From an uncultured virus (IMG/VR IMGVR_UViG_3300021197_001384) (lineage: Duplodnaviria > Heunggongvirae > Uroviricota > Caudoviricetes), in IMG/VR virus record IMGVR_UViG_3300021197_001384: a DNA stretch of 20,000 nucleotides, one strand, 5' to 3'. A model generated the notes under the pieces. That model did no database searches. It was not told the DNA's origin and saw only the letters and a program-made list of their open reading frames with translations. The position numbers and the translations under genes are program-made. Positions 6,996 to 14,441 of this stretch are shown piece by piece. Numbering within the stretch: the stretch's first letter is position 1; every line of letters begins with the position of its first letter.

Positions 6996-7348
6996 CCTAC
7001 GATCACGATGGGAAGCTGATCCGGTTTGACCTGAACGGGAAGCGGGTGAGCGGCACGGTGGTGAAAACCCATGACCGTCGCCATGTCACCGTCCGTGGCA
7101 GGTCAGGCAAGACCGTGAAGGTGGACATGCTCGACCAGCATGGCGTGGTTGCCTTGCCCAGTGGGTTGGAGGTCACCACCATTTGGAATGAGGATCACCC
7201 ACCGAATGGAGTGCCTGCTGATCGGGCTGAGTTTCATCGTGCTGTCGATGATCCTCCTGCGCCTGCTGTGGCTCCTGCTCCAACTCTAAAGCCTGCGCGT
7301 CCTGCTCAGGCACCAACAACAACAACTGAGCAAATGATATTCTTATGA
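6992..7348 (+). CDS. hypothetical protein with Pro/Ala-rich C-terminus
   Basis: GTGA overlap, GGAGG upstream, 118 aa. Confidence 0.6.
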   Translation: MTYDHDGKLIRFDLNGKRVSGTVVKTHDRRHVTVRGRSGKTVKVDMLDQHGVVALPSGLEVTTIWNEDHPPNGVPADRAEFHRAVDDPPAPAVAPAPTLKPARPAQAPTTTTEQMIFL

Positions 7349-7833
7349 ATCACACCAACACACAGGCCAAGATCCTGAGCCTCGACTTAGCAACCACCAC
7401 GGGGTGGGCCTTCATTGCCAACGGTGTCGTGGATCATGGAGCCCAGAGCTTCAAGCTCGGCACCAAGAAGGCAGACCCGAAGCATGCTGGGCTGCCCTTC
7501 GCCCAGTTCGACCACTGGATTGCCAATCGCATCAGGGACTACAAGCCTGAGCTGATCGTCTACGAGGAAGTCCGCAGGTGGATGAGCAGCAGTGCTGCAT
7601 GGGCCTTCTGTGGCTTCCGTGCCACGATGCTAATGCATGCTGCTCGAAACGGCATCGAGTGCATCGGCTACAGTCCGACCACTATCAAGAAGTTCGCCAC
7701 TGGTAGCGGTGCTGCGAACAAGAAGAAGATGATCGAGACGGCCAAGATGCGTTGGCCTGACGAGCAGTTCGCTTCGGACGATGCGGTGGATGCGTTGTTC
7801 CTGCTGCATCTCCATCTGGCAGGAGCCCCATAA
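7345..7833 (+). CDS. RuvC-like Holliday junction resolvase
   Basis: ILSLDLATTTGWA, IVYEE, PTTIKKFATGSGAANK and DDAVDAL give the RuvC acidic catalytic pattern. Confidence 0.88.
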   Translation: MNHTNTQAKILSLDLATTTGWAFIANGVVDHGAQSFKLGTKKADPKHAGLPFAQFDHWIANRIRDYKPELIVYEEVRRWMSSSAAWAFCGFRATMLMHAARNGIECIGYSPTTIKKFATGSGAANKKKMIETAKMRWPDEQFASDDAVDALFLLHLHLAGAP

Positions 7834-7985
7834 GCCGTGGTCCTGTCCATTTCTAGGCCATTTCCAGCCCATACTGGGGTCTAGGTATAGGCTGGACACT
7901 AGAACCGCCTTAATTTACGTCCGTTACCCAGAGAAGGCTATAGCGAGGAAACGTCCGAGTAGAATACGACGCTAACGGGTTTTCT

Positions 7986-8026
7986 ACCCCCGTCACCTGT
8001 TACCGCAGGGGCGGGGGTTTTTCTTT
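7986..8026 (+). terminator. rho-independent terminator ending the + strand arm
   Basis: ACCCCCGTCACCTG/CAGGGGCGGGGGT stem followed by TTTTCTTT, at the convergence of the two arms. Confidence 0.85.
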
Positions 8027-8029
8027 GGA

Positions 8030-8197
8030 TTACTTCGAATCCTTGGGAGGATTCGGCTCAGGTTGGGGAACTTTGGAATCGGTCACCACATTGGTCAGCA
8101 CTTCCCGCGCAGCGGAAAAGGCTTGGTGATCTTGGCCGGAACCAACGAACTTTATTTGAACTTGAGCGAGGATTTGTAGTGCTTCTTGAGGGCTCAT
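8030..8197 (-). CDS. small hypothetical protein (55 aa)
   Basis: Not in the track. MSPQEALQILAQVQIKFVGSGQDHQAFSAAREVLTNVVTDSKVPQPEPNPPKDSK*; stops next to the terminator hairpin. Confidence 0.6.
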   Translation of the reverse strand: MSPQEALQILAQVQIKFVGSGQDHQAFSAAREVLTNVVTDSKVPQPEPNPPKDSK

Positions 8198-8242
8198 CCA
8201 AAACGTATGAACAATCCCACAGAATTAAGCAACTCGGATCCG

Positions 8243-8335
8243 TTAGGGCTGAGCTTCAAGCGCAGCGATGGACGTGGAATCGCATTGATCGCCGTGGTTG
8301 TCAGATGCGACGACGAATCGGCGTGGGGATTTCAT
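8243..8335 (-). pseudogene. truncated metallophosphoesterase N-terminus fused to a short unrelated tail (30 aa)
   Basis: MKSPRRFVVASDNHGDQCDSTSIAALEAQP*. FVVASDNHGD matches motif I (DxH) of calcineurin-like phosphoesterases; later motifs are absent. Confidence 0.55.
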
Positions 8336-8347
8336 AAGCGGTGACGG

Positions 8348-8572
8348 TCAGCCGAGACGCTGCCAGATCCAATGACCGACGACAGTTGCGCAAGCAGCGA
8401 TCCCAGAAACGACGCCGCGCTGACGCCATTTCTCATTTTCGAGCTTAGTCACGCGACCGTTAGTGATCTTCGCTTGCTCTTCCGTGCGCTCCGTTGTCGC
8501 GCTGATCGTGTCGAGCCTTTGCAAGATGCGAGAGAACATTGCGTCGGTGCTGTTCGGGTCGTAATCGGACAT
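8348..8572 (-). CDS. holin-like membrane protein (coiled coil plus C-terminal hydrophobic helix)
   Basis: MSDYDPNSTDAMFSRILQRLD...TNGRVTKLE...GVVSGIAACATVVGHWIW; lysis-module position. Confidence 0.6.
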   Translation of the reverse strand: MSDYDPNSTDAMFSRILQRLDTISATTERTEEQAKITNGRVTKLENEKWRQRGVVSGIAACATVVGHWIWQRLG

Positions 8573-8580
8573 CGTGCGGA

Positions 8581-8856
8581 TCAATCTTTTTTGATGGTTT
8601 CAAGCTCCGCACCTTTGTAATTCGCAGTTCGCGAAAAGCCTAAGATGGTTGTGGTGTGCGTGAGCGAGTCGGCCTTTCGGACTACACTGCCGTCGTCCTG
8701 CGTGGTTTTCTCGATCCCGGTTGCGTGGATTTCCGACGAGAAGCCCGGCGCTGCAATGGTTTGATGCACCTCCTCGGCTGCGTAGCGCGGAACGGCAGAG
8801 CATCCGGCGAACGTGATCGCTGAAAGGGTAATGATAATGCTTTGGATTGCTTTCAT
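8581..8856 (-). CDS. lipoprotein (possible spanin component)
   Basis: Signal peptide MKAIQSIIITLSAIT followed by lipobox FAGC. Confidence 0.7.
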   Translation of the reverse strand: MKAIQSIIITLSAITFAGCSAVPRYAAEEVHQTIAAPGFSSEIHATGIEKTTQDDGSVVRKADSLTHTTTILGFSRTANYKGAELETIKKD

Positions 8857-8863
8857 AATATGA

Positions 8864-9253
8864 TTATTTGTCACCGCGTTTGAATTTCGGACCGCCAACT
8901 ACAACAGCGGCGACCATTATTTTGCGACGAATGCGCGAGACGCCCAGCGCTTCCATTGCTTCGCCGAAGATTGATGCAGCTTTCCGATAGTCGGTTGTTT
9001 TGGGCGACTCATCGCAAAGCCAGTCGTGCACGATTGCTGCCTTTCCGTGCCGCCCGACCGGAGAAACGATGCGATGAAAGAAGCGAGGCACGCTCGCAAA
9101 GTCGGTTCGATAGCCTGCTGGCACGGTGATGATCCTGCCGCCAGACGACTCAAAGCGAATCGCGTGGATCAGCTCGAACGGTCGTTCATCGAGGTCCAAA
9201 TTGTGGACCTTGAGATTGTAACTTCCAACGAACTTATCCACGCGGTCTTGCAT
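8864..9253 (-). CDS. DUF1353 family protein
   Basis: ITVPAGYRTDFASVPR and AAIVHDWLC motifs. Confidence 0.88.
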   Translation of the reverse strand: MQDRVDKFVGSYNLKVHNLDLDERPFELIHAIRFESSGGRIITVPAGYRTDFASVPRFFHRIVSPVGRHGKAAIVHDWLCDESPKTTDYRKAASIFGEAMEALGVSRIRRKIMVAAVVVGGPKFKRGDK

Positions 9254-9292
9254 GACTTATTTGGTTTCGGATTTTGGTTTCGGGGTTTGAAA

Positions 9293-11569
9293 TTAGTTAT
9301 TTTCCAATGCCTCAAGACGGGCCGTCAGTTCCTGTAGTGCACCGACGAGCAGAGGCACTAGCTTGGATTGGTCGATTCCTTGGTATTCTGGCACCGACCT
9401 AGTGCCCATGACGGCAGGAGTGACTTCGTTTCCGTCGTCATCTAATACCGCTGGAGTGACCTCGTATTCCTCGTCACGCATTGCATTTTTTTCGCCGGAT
9501 ATTGCTTCCGGAACGACCTCTTGAACTTCGTGAGCGATAAATCCATCCACGATCCTCTTGTCATCAGAGATGAAGTTGAAGCGGCTGGGCTTGAGCTTGC
9601 CGATGCGTTGCAGCGAATCCGACATTGGCACCACGTTTTCCTTCAAACGATAGTCCGAAGAGGTGTTGTATGCCGTGGAGGTCTGGTTGGTGGTAATCGT
9701 GCCGCAGGTCTGCGTGGCACTTATAAAGATGGCTTGGGTCTGCACCCCAGCCCCCATCTTCCCGAAGCGGACGTATTTGCTGGCGTTATCCCACGCAAAC
9801 CCACCGACTCCAACGGTGGGCATTGTCATTCCGCTGAAGATGGCGTCGCCGCCAGATTTAAGCGTCATTCTCTCGGTTCGAGTGCCTGCTGAGTTCTCTA
9901 CAAAGGTTAGGTTATTTTGTGATCCTCCTCCACTTGGGTCTTGGAGCGAGGTCTCCCACCAATAACTTGGGTTAGTGGTGTAAAGACTTATGAAGTTCCG
10001 ATAGTTCTCAGAACCGCTTCCTCCTTGGAATCGGGCCAATTCGGTAGCACCAGATACAGAACCTTTAAATACGTGTAGGGGTGCCGCCGGTGCCGTGATC
10101 CCAATGCCGACCTCGCCAGTAGCCAAAACTCGCATTCTCTCGACACCATCCTTGTCGTTAAGCTCAAGGATTCGATCACCCGAATTGCTACCAGCACTAA
10201 TTTCTAATCCGTTGCCGCTGGCTGTTGAGTTTGAAATCAGTCCGACAAAATCGGTGGTCGCGCCACTTACGGTGAACAACCGTGAAGGTGTAGACGTCCC
10301 CACGCCGACGTTGCCGCTCGTCGCGAGCGTCATTTGCGGAAACGAATTGTTCGTTCCGAAGATCAGCGGATGGTTAGTGGTAGTCCCGATAGCAAACGAG
10401 TTGGTCAGCGTGGTGCTGCCGTAAATGATGCCGTTGACCGTTCCGTCGTTGACCGCGATGCCGCCATTGGTGGCAGTTTGGACGCTTAGCTTGGTGCTCG
10501 GTCCCGTCGTCCCCACGCCGACGTTGCCTGCGGCGGTGATTCGCATGGCTTCACTGTCAAGTGAGCCGCCGCCTCCACCTGTGCGAAACGACATGGACCC
10601 AGTCCCAGCCGTTGCGCCCCATGAACGAATCCGGAAGTCGTTATTATTAAAATCGAGACCGCCCGCACTTGTTTGATTAAGAGAAACTCCTCCCCGTGCA
10701 AGGACAGGACCATTTACATCGAGAGTTGACTTCCCCGTTCCGGCTGGGGCAGGTGCCGTCAATCCGATGCCGAGGCCAGTGGAGGTGAATGTAGCGACAT
10801 CGCCAGTTCCGACGACTCCAACCTTGGTGCTACTCTGCGTGAGATTGAGTATGCGACCTGTGCCGACGTGGTCGTAAATCGAAAGACCAGCCGACCCAGC
10901 GTAAAGGCGGGTTTCGTTTGAAACGTCTAGACCAAAAAGACGCCCGAAAAAATCAACTTGTGTGCTTGCACTCAGACTCGTCGCCGCCACCGTGCTCGGC
11001 GTCGTCGCCCCAATCGTCGTGCCGTCAATCGTCCCGCCGTTAATGTCTGCCGTGTCAGCAACCAGCGAGTCGATGTTCGCCGTGCCGTCGAGGTAGAGGT
11101 TGCGCCACTCGTGGCCCGTGCGACCAAGGTCGTAGGTGTTGTCGGTGGCTGGCGTAAACTCAGATGCAATCCGAGCGTTGAACGTCACCGTGTCACTATT
11201 GCTGCTACCGAGAGTCGTGTTGTTGTTAATCGACAATGCATCTGCCGTAAGCAGGTTGGCATCACTGACTGTAACCCCAGAATTTTGTATGACCTTGCCG
11301 GTTGTGCTATCAAAACGAGCAACAGCATTATCCGTAGATGACGCTGGTCCAACTACATCACCAGCACCATTAGACGTCCATTCCACATCTGTAGCCGTGC
11401 CATTCAAAGAAAGCACTTTATTTGCATTTCCCGTATAATCAGGAAGCAAATTAACACGGGCATCAGACGCATTGTCAGCCCCTGTTCCACCGTTAACAAC
11501 GGGCAATACGCCAGAAATATTTTCCAGGGAGTCTGGTGTATCCAGAATCAGGGTCTTAAAAACGTCCAT
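9293..11569 (-). CDS. tail fibre with C-terminal intramolecular chaperone (peptidase S74)
   Basis: Gly/Thr/Ser-rich; repeated GNVG[VI]GT.xP units; SDYRLKENV...GFIAHEVQEVVPEA...IDQSKLVPLLVGALQEL chaperone domain. Confidence 0.92.
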   Translation of the reverse strand: MDVFKTLILDTPDSLENISGVLPVVNGGTGADNASDARVNLLPDYTGNANKVLSLNGTATDVEWTSNGAGDVVGPASSTDNAVARFDSTTGKVIQNSGVTVSDANLLTADALSINNNTTLGSSNSDTVTFNARIASEFTPATDNTYDLGRTGHEWRNLYLDGTANIDSLVADTADINGGTIDGTTIGATTPSTVAATSLSASTQVDFFGRLFGLDVSNETRLYAGSAGLSIYDHVGTGRILNLTQSSTKVGVVGTGDVATFTSTGLGIGLTAPAPAGTGKSTLDVNGPVLARGGVSLNQTSAGGLDFNNNDFRIRSWGATAGTGSMSFRTGGGGGSLDSEAMRITAAGNVGVGTTGPSTKLSVQTATNGGIAVNDGTVNGIIYGSTTLTNSFAIGTTTNHPLIFGTNNSFPQMTLATSGNVGVGTSTPSRLFTVSGATTDFVGLISNSTASGNGLEISAGSNSGDRILELNDKDGVERMRVLATGEVGIGITAPAAPLHVFKGSVSGATELARFQGGSGSENYRNFISLYTTNPSYWWETSLQDPSGGGSQNNLTFVENSAGTRTERMTLKSGGDAIFSGMTMPTVGVGGFAWDNASKYVRFGKMGAGVQTQAIFISATQTCGTITTNQTSTAYNTSSDYRLKENVVPMSDSLQRIGKLKPSRFNFISDDKRIVDGFIAHEVQEVVPEAISGEKNAMRDEEYEVTPAVLDDDGNEVTPAVMGTRSVPEYQGIDQSKLVPLLVGALQELTARLEALENN

Positions 11570-11570
11570 T

Positions 11571-11897
11571 TTACAAATAGTTCAACTCTTGCATTTCAAG
11601 CACAGCATCCGTGCTTGCTTCCCGAATGGCCTTAACCTTGGAAACCATTTCCCGTGTCCAATAAACAGAGCTTCCTGGCGGCATACGGTAACCCAATGAA
11701 GCGGTAGGATCAGTGGTGCCATCCATCGTTACACGAATCGCAGCATCATTAACCTGAACAAGCACGTGCGTCGTGCCAGAGTTTAGGGTCCAATCCAAGA
11801 CCTGCTCCGCCGTAGAACTAATTGTGTTCTGTTGGTGAGTGGTGGTGTTCTGGGGGATTGCCTGAGAAGGCGTATTAACAATTCTTGCGTTAGGCAT
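11571..11897 (-). CDS. small virion structural protein (108 aa), paralogue of 11902-12216
   Basis: Start at ATG 11897 (MPNARIVN...); aligns by eye with the upstream gene. Confidence 0.7.
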   Translation of the reverse strand: MPNARIVNTPSQAIPQNTTTHQQNTISSTAEQVLDWTLNSGTTHVLVQVNDAAIRVTMDGTTDPTASLGYRMPPGSSVYWTREMVSKVKAIREASTDAVLEMQELNYL

Positions 11898-11901
11898 GAG
11901 A

Positions 11902-12216
11902 TTAAACAGTAAAGGGTGATGCCTGCACGGCTGCGTCCGTTCCGCCAGCACGAATCATAATTGCGCTATCTGCTTGTCGGGCCGACCAGAAGCCTTTCCA
12001 TCCAGACTCAAACTTGTGTCCGTTTGACGCAGAAGGAACGGAACGATCAAAGGTAACCATAATATCGGCACCTTGAACATCAACATAAACAAACTTGGTG
12101 TTTTCGTCATACCAAGTTGACGTAAACTCAATAGGAACCGTAGAAACCGTCAAACGCTCATCTGTGCCGCCTTCGGTGGGGACAGGATAAAGATTAACTG
12201 AAAAGGTATTAGGCAT
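11902..12216 (-). CDS. small virion structural protein (104 aa)
   Basis: Beta-rich ORF tightly packed between the adaptor and tail fibre genes. Confidence 0.7.
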   Translation of the reverse strand: MPNTFSVNLYPVPTEGGTDERLTVSTVPIEFTSTWYDENTKFVYVDVQGADIMVTFDRSVPSASNGHKFESGWKGFWSARQADSAIMIRAGGTDAAVQASPFTV

Positions 12217-12220
12217 AGTA

Positions 12221-13078
12221 TTAACGTGATTGGCGAGAAACGTAAGTTGAAATTCGACGATATAAAGCGTTATTGTTTCTCTGGGTTTCTGCTTTATCCA
12301 ATTCTATCAAAAGGTATTGCTGCGCCACATTCTCTTCTGCAATGGCCTTGTCAATCTGACCGTCCATACGCAAGAAGTCTGCATATGCTGCGTGCGCTAT
12401 ATATTCAAAAAACTCCGACGGGATGTTGGTAGATGAATCCGAATATGGGCCTTCCCACTTTTTCAAATAACCCACCCAAAAGCCGCCAAGGTCCGTATAG
12501 TTATTAATTACATTAGCACCATCACTACCAACCCAAAACTCATACTCAATAGCAGAGTTAATGTTTAGTGGATTGCTGCTCCAAATACGATTAAAGCTAT
12601 CAATCTCAGGAACGCTATTAGCAATCACGCTCCCAGATCCCGTGTAAGTTTCAACACCAGTTCCCGTTGCAAGATTATATGTAAACGTATCGTTATTGAT
12701 TGATCCTGTGCTTACTGATACAACCTGATAGCTACCATTTGGATCAACAGAACCAGTTAATCCAGAAACAGTAACATACATTCCCTCTACAAAATCAACA
12801 GACGCGGTGCATCTAATTGTAACTAATTTATCTACACGGGAAGCAGCAGCAATGTTTTTGGAAGCAGGGGTAAATGTCGTAGAAATAACATTACCAACCG
12901 CTGGCCGTGCTTGTGCCCCAACAATATAACGCGGCCAAACTTTGTTCTGTCGATAAGCCTGATAAGCTCTACGATTAACAAAGTTAAGGATGCTTCCTTT
13001 TTCGCTAGGGTTAAAGTTGCTTACCCCAGAAAGCGAGCTAATTAAGGAGTAGAGATCACTATACGTCCGATTGGTCAT
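12221..13078 (-). CDS. putative head-tail adaptor / tail tubular protein with inserted beta domain
   Basis: Helical N-terminus (TYSDLYSLI...FVNRRAYQAY...WP) and C-terminus (IPSEFFEYIAHAAYADFLR) typical of podovirus adaptors; position after the capsid gene. Confidence 0.65.
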   Translation of the reverse strand: MTNRTYSDLYSLISSLSGVSNFNPSEKGSILNFVNRRAYQAYRQNKVWPRYIVGAQARPAVGNVISTTFTPASKNIAAASRVDKLVTIRCTASVDFVEGMYVTVSGLTGSVDPNGSYQVVSVSTGSINNDTFTYNLATGTGVETYTGSGSVIANSVPEIDSFNRIWSSNPLNINSAIEYEFWVGSDGANVINNYTDLGGFWVGYLKKWEGPYSDSSTNIPSEFFEYIAHAAYADFLRMDGQIDKAIAEENVAQQYLLIELDKAETQRNNNALYRRISTYVSRQSR

Positions 13079-13383
13079 ATCTTGTTAGGAGAAAGATGTG
13101 GGAACTTCTTTTGGTAATACTTCATAAACTCCTTAGAATGAACCTCTTTATGCCCATATTTTTGCTGCATACGGAAAAACTCCCACTCGGGGATCACACC
13201 AATACAGCGACCAAGCCCAGGCACTTCCTTTTGATTCACCAAATCCTTTGCCTGTTCAGCCGCTTGCGCTTCCTTTGACCGTTCAATTTCTTTCTTAAAC
13301 TCTAGCCCAGTAGTAAGCTCACGCATCAAAGCGCGATTAACTTCTCCGTCGTGATACTTAGGGAATGACGTAATTAAGTGCAT
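13075..13383 (-). CDS. small hypothetical protein downstream of the capsid gene
   Basis: 102-aa ORF overlapping the adaptor start; IP...W...F...P pattern. Confidence 0.75.
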   Translation of the reverse strand: MHLITSFPKYHDGEVNRALMRELTTGLEFKKEIERSKEAQAAEQAKDLVNQKEVPGLGRCIGVIPEWEFFRMQQKYGHKEVHSKEFMKYYQKKFPHLSPNKI

Positions 13384-13390
13384 AATAATA

Positions 13391-13412
13391 GGGCTACCCC
13401 GAAGGATAGCCC
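13391..13412 (-). terminator. UUCG hairpin after the major capsid gene (attenuator or stabiliser)
   Basis: Minus strand GGGCTATCC-TTCG-GGGTAGCCC followed by TATTATT, a weak U tract. Confidence 0.65.
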
Positions 13413-13442
13413 CATTATAACATGTAAGTCTAGTAGTTAGAT

Positions 13443-14426
13443 TTACGCAATAGCGGTAATCTTACCGTGAGCACCAGGGTGCTTGACCAACAGGGACAAG
13501 GTCGTGTCAACGTAACCACGCTCACCGCCACCTTGATTCGGAAGGCGGGTCGAACCAAGACCGATCAACTCGGCAACGCCGTAGTAGTCAGGATTAATGA
13601 GGTAACCCGTGTCTTTGTTCGTCGTGTCAGGGGAGCAGTCAGGGTTCATGTTAACAATGCTCACCATACCGTGATCAGACTCATACATCTCAACAGAGAG
13701 TTTGATGGTCTTGGAATCAGCAGATTGGGTAACCTGACGGTAAACCGCGTTGGTCGATCCAGAGGTGCGAGCATAGTCAGCAATAACCCGACGAAGAGCA
13801 GTGTCAGCAACCAAGGTAAGGTTGTTGGTGCTGCCAGTCACTCGGTAGATGGACGTGATAAGGTCGTTAAAGCCGCCTTCGGTCAGAGCACCCGTGCTGT
13901 GGATGGAATCCGCAGGGGTGCGGTAATCGGCAGGAACGTCAGTCGGACCAGCCGAATCAATCCAGTCACCAAGGCCGCGCAGACCATAAACAGTGCCAGC
14001 ACCATCTTCAGCCGTGCGATCATTGGTGGAGCAGAGGGTGGCCTCCACGTCACGCTTCAGTTCACGAGCAGACTTAGCTTCGGCCTCAGCAATCTTAGCC
14101 GGTCCAACGGACTCAACGGCATCTTGCAGGTCCGAAACCATGAAGTCACGGCGGAACTTTTGCACATAGTTGCCGAGACGAGCGCGGCCACTAAACTTGT
14201 CGGTGAAGGAGGAAACGTCAGAACCCTCGGCAACACCCGTGGTAACAGGAGCAGCCAGCGAATCAACCGTCCACTCAACGAAGGTGGCGGTTGCCTTGCT
14301 TTTGGGAGCAGACGAAAGAACAGGAGTTTCCTCGGGAGCGAGGATGGTCAGGATGTCGGTGAGGTCTTCACGATTGGAGACGCCGGACCCTGGATTGGTA
14401 GTATCGTAGGTATTAGAAAAGGCCAT
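13443..14426 (-). CDS. major capsid protein (DUF5309/SU10-like)
   Basis: NREDLTDIL...PEETP...EWTVDSL...EG.D...RLGNYVQ...ELKRDVE signature; follows the scaffold gene. Confidence 0.92.
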   Translation of the reverse strand: MAFSNTYDTTNPGSGVSNREDLTDILTILAPEETPVLSSAPKSKATATFVEWTVDSLAAPVTTGVAEGSDVSSFTDKFSGRARLGNYVQKFRRDFMVSDLQDAVESVGPAKIAEAEAKSARELKRDVEATLCSTNDRTAEDGAGTVYGLRGLGDWIDSAGPTDVPADYRTPADSIHSTGALTEGGFNDLITSIYRVTGSTNNLTLVADTALRRVIADYARTSGSTNAVYRQVTQSADSKTIKLSVEMYESDHGMVSIVNMNPDCSPDTTNKDTGYLINPDYYGVAELIGLGSTRLPNQGGGERGYVDTTLSLLVKHPGAHGKITAIA

Positions 14427-14441
14427 GATTATAAAGTAAAA

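Noticed and set aside
9293..11569. Diversity-generating retroelement acting on the tail fibre
   Set aside because: No reverse transcriptase and no template/variable repeat pair differing at adenines in this window.
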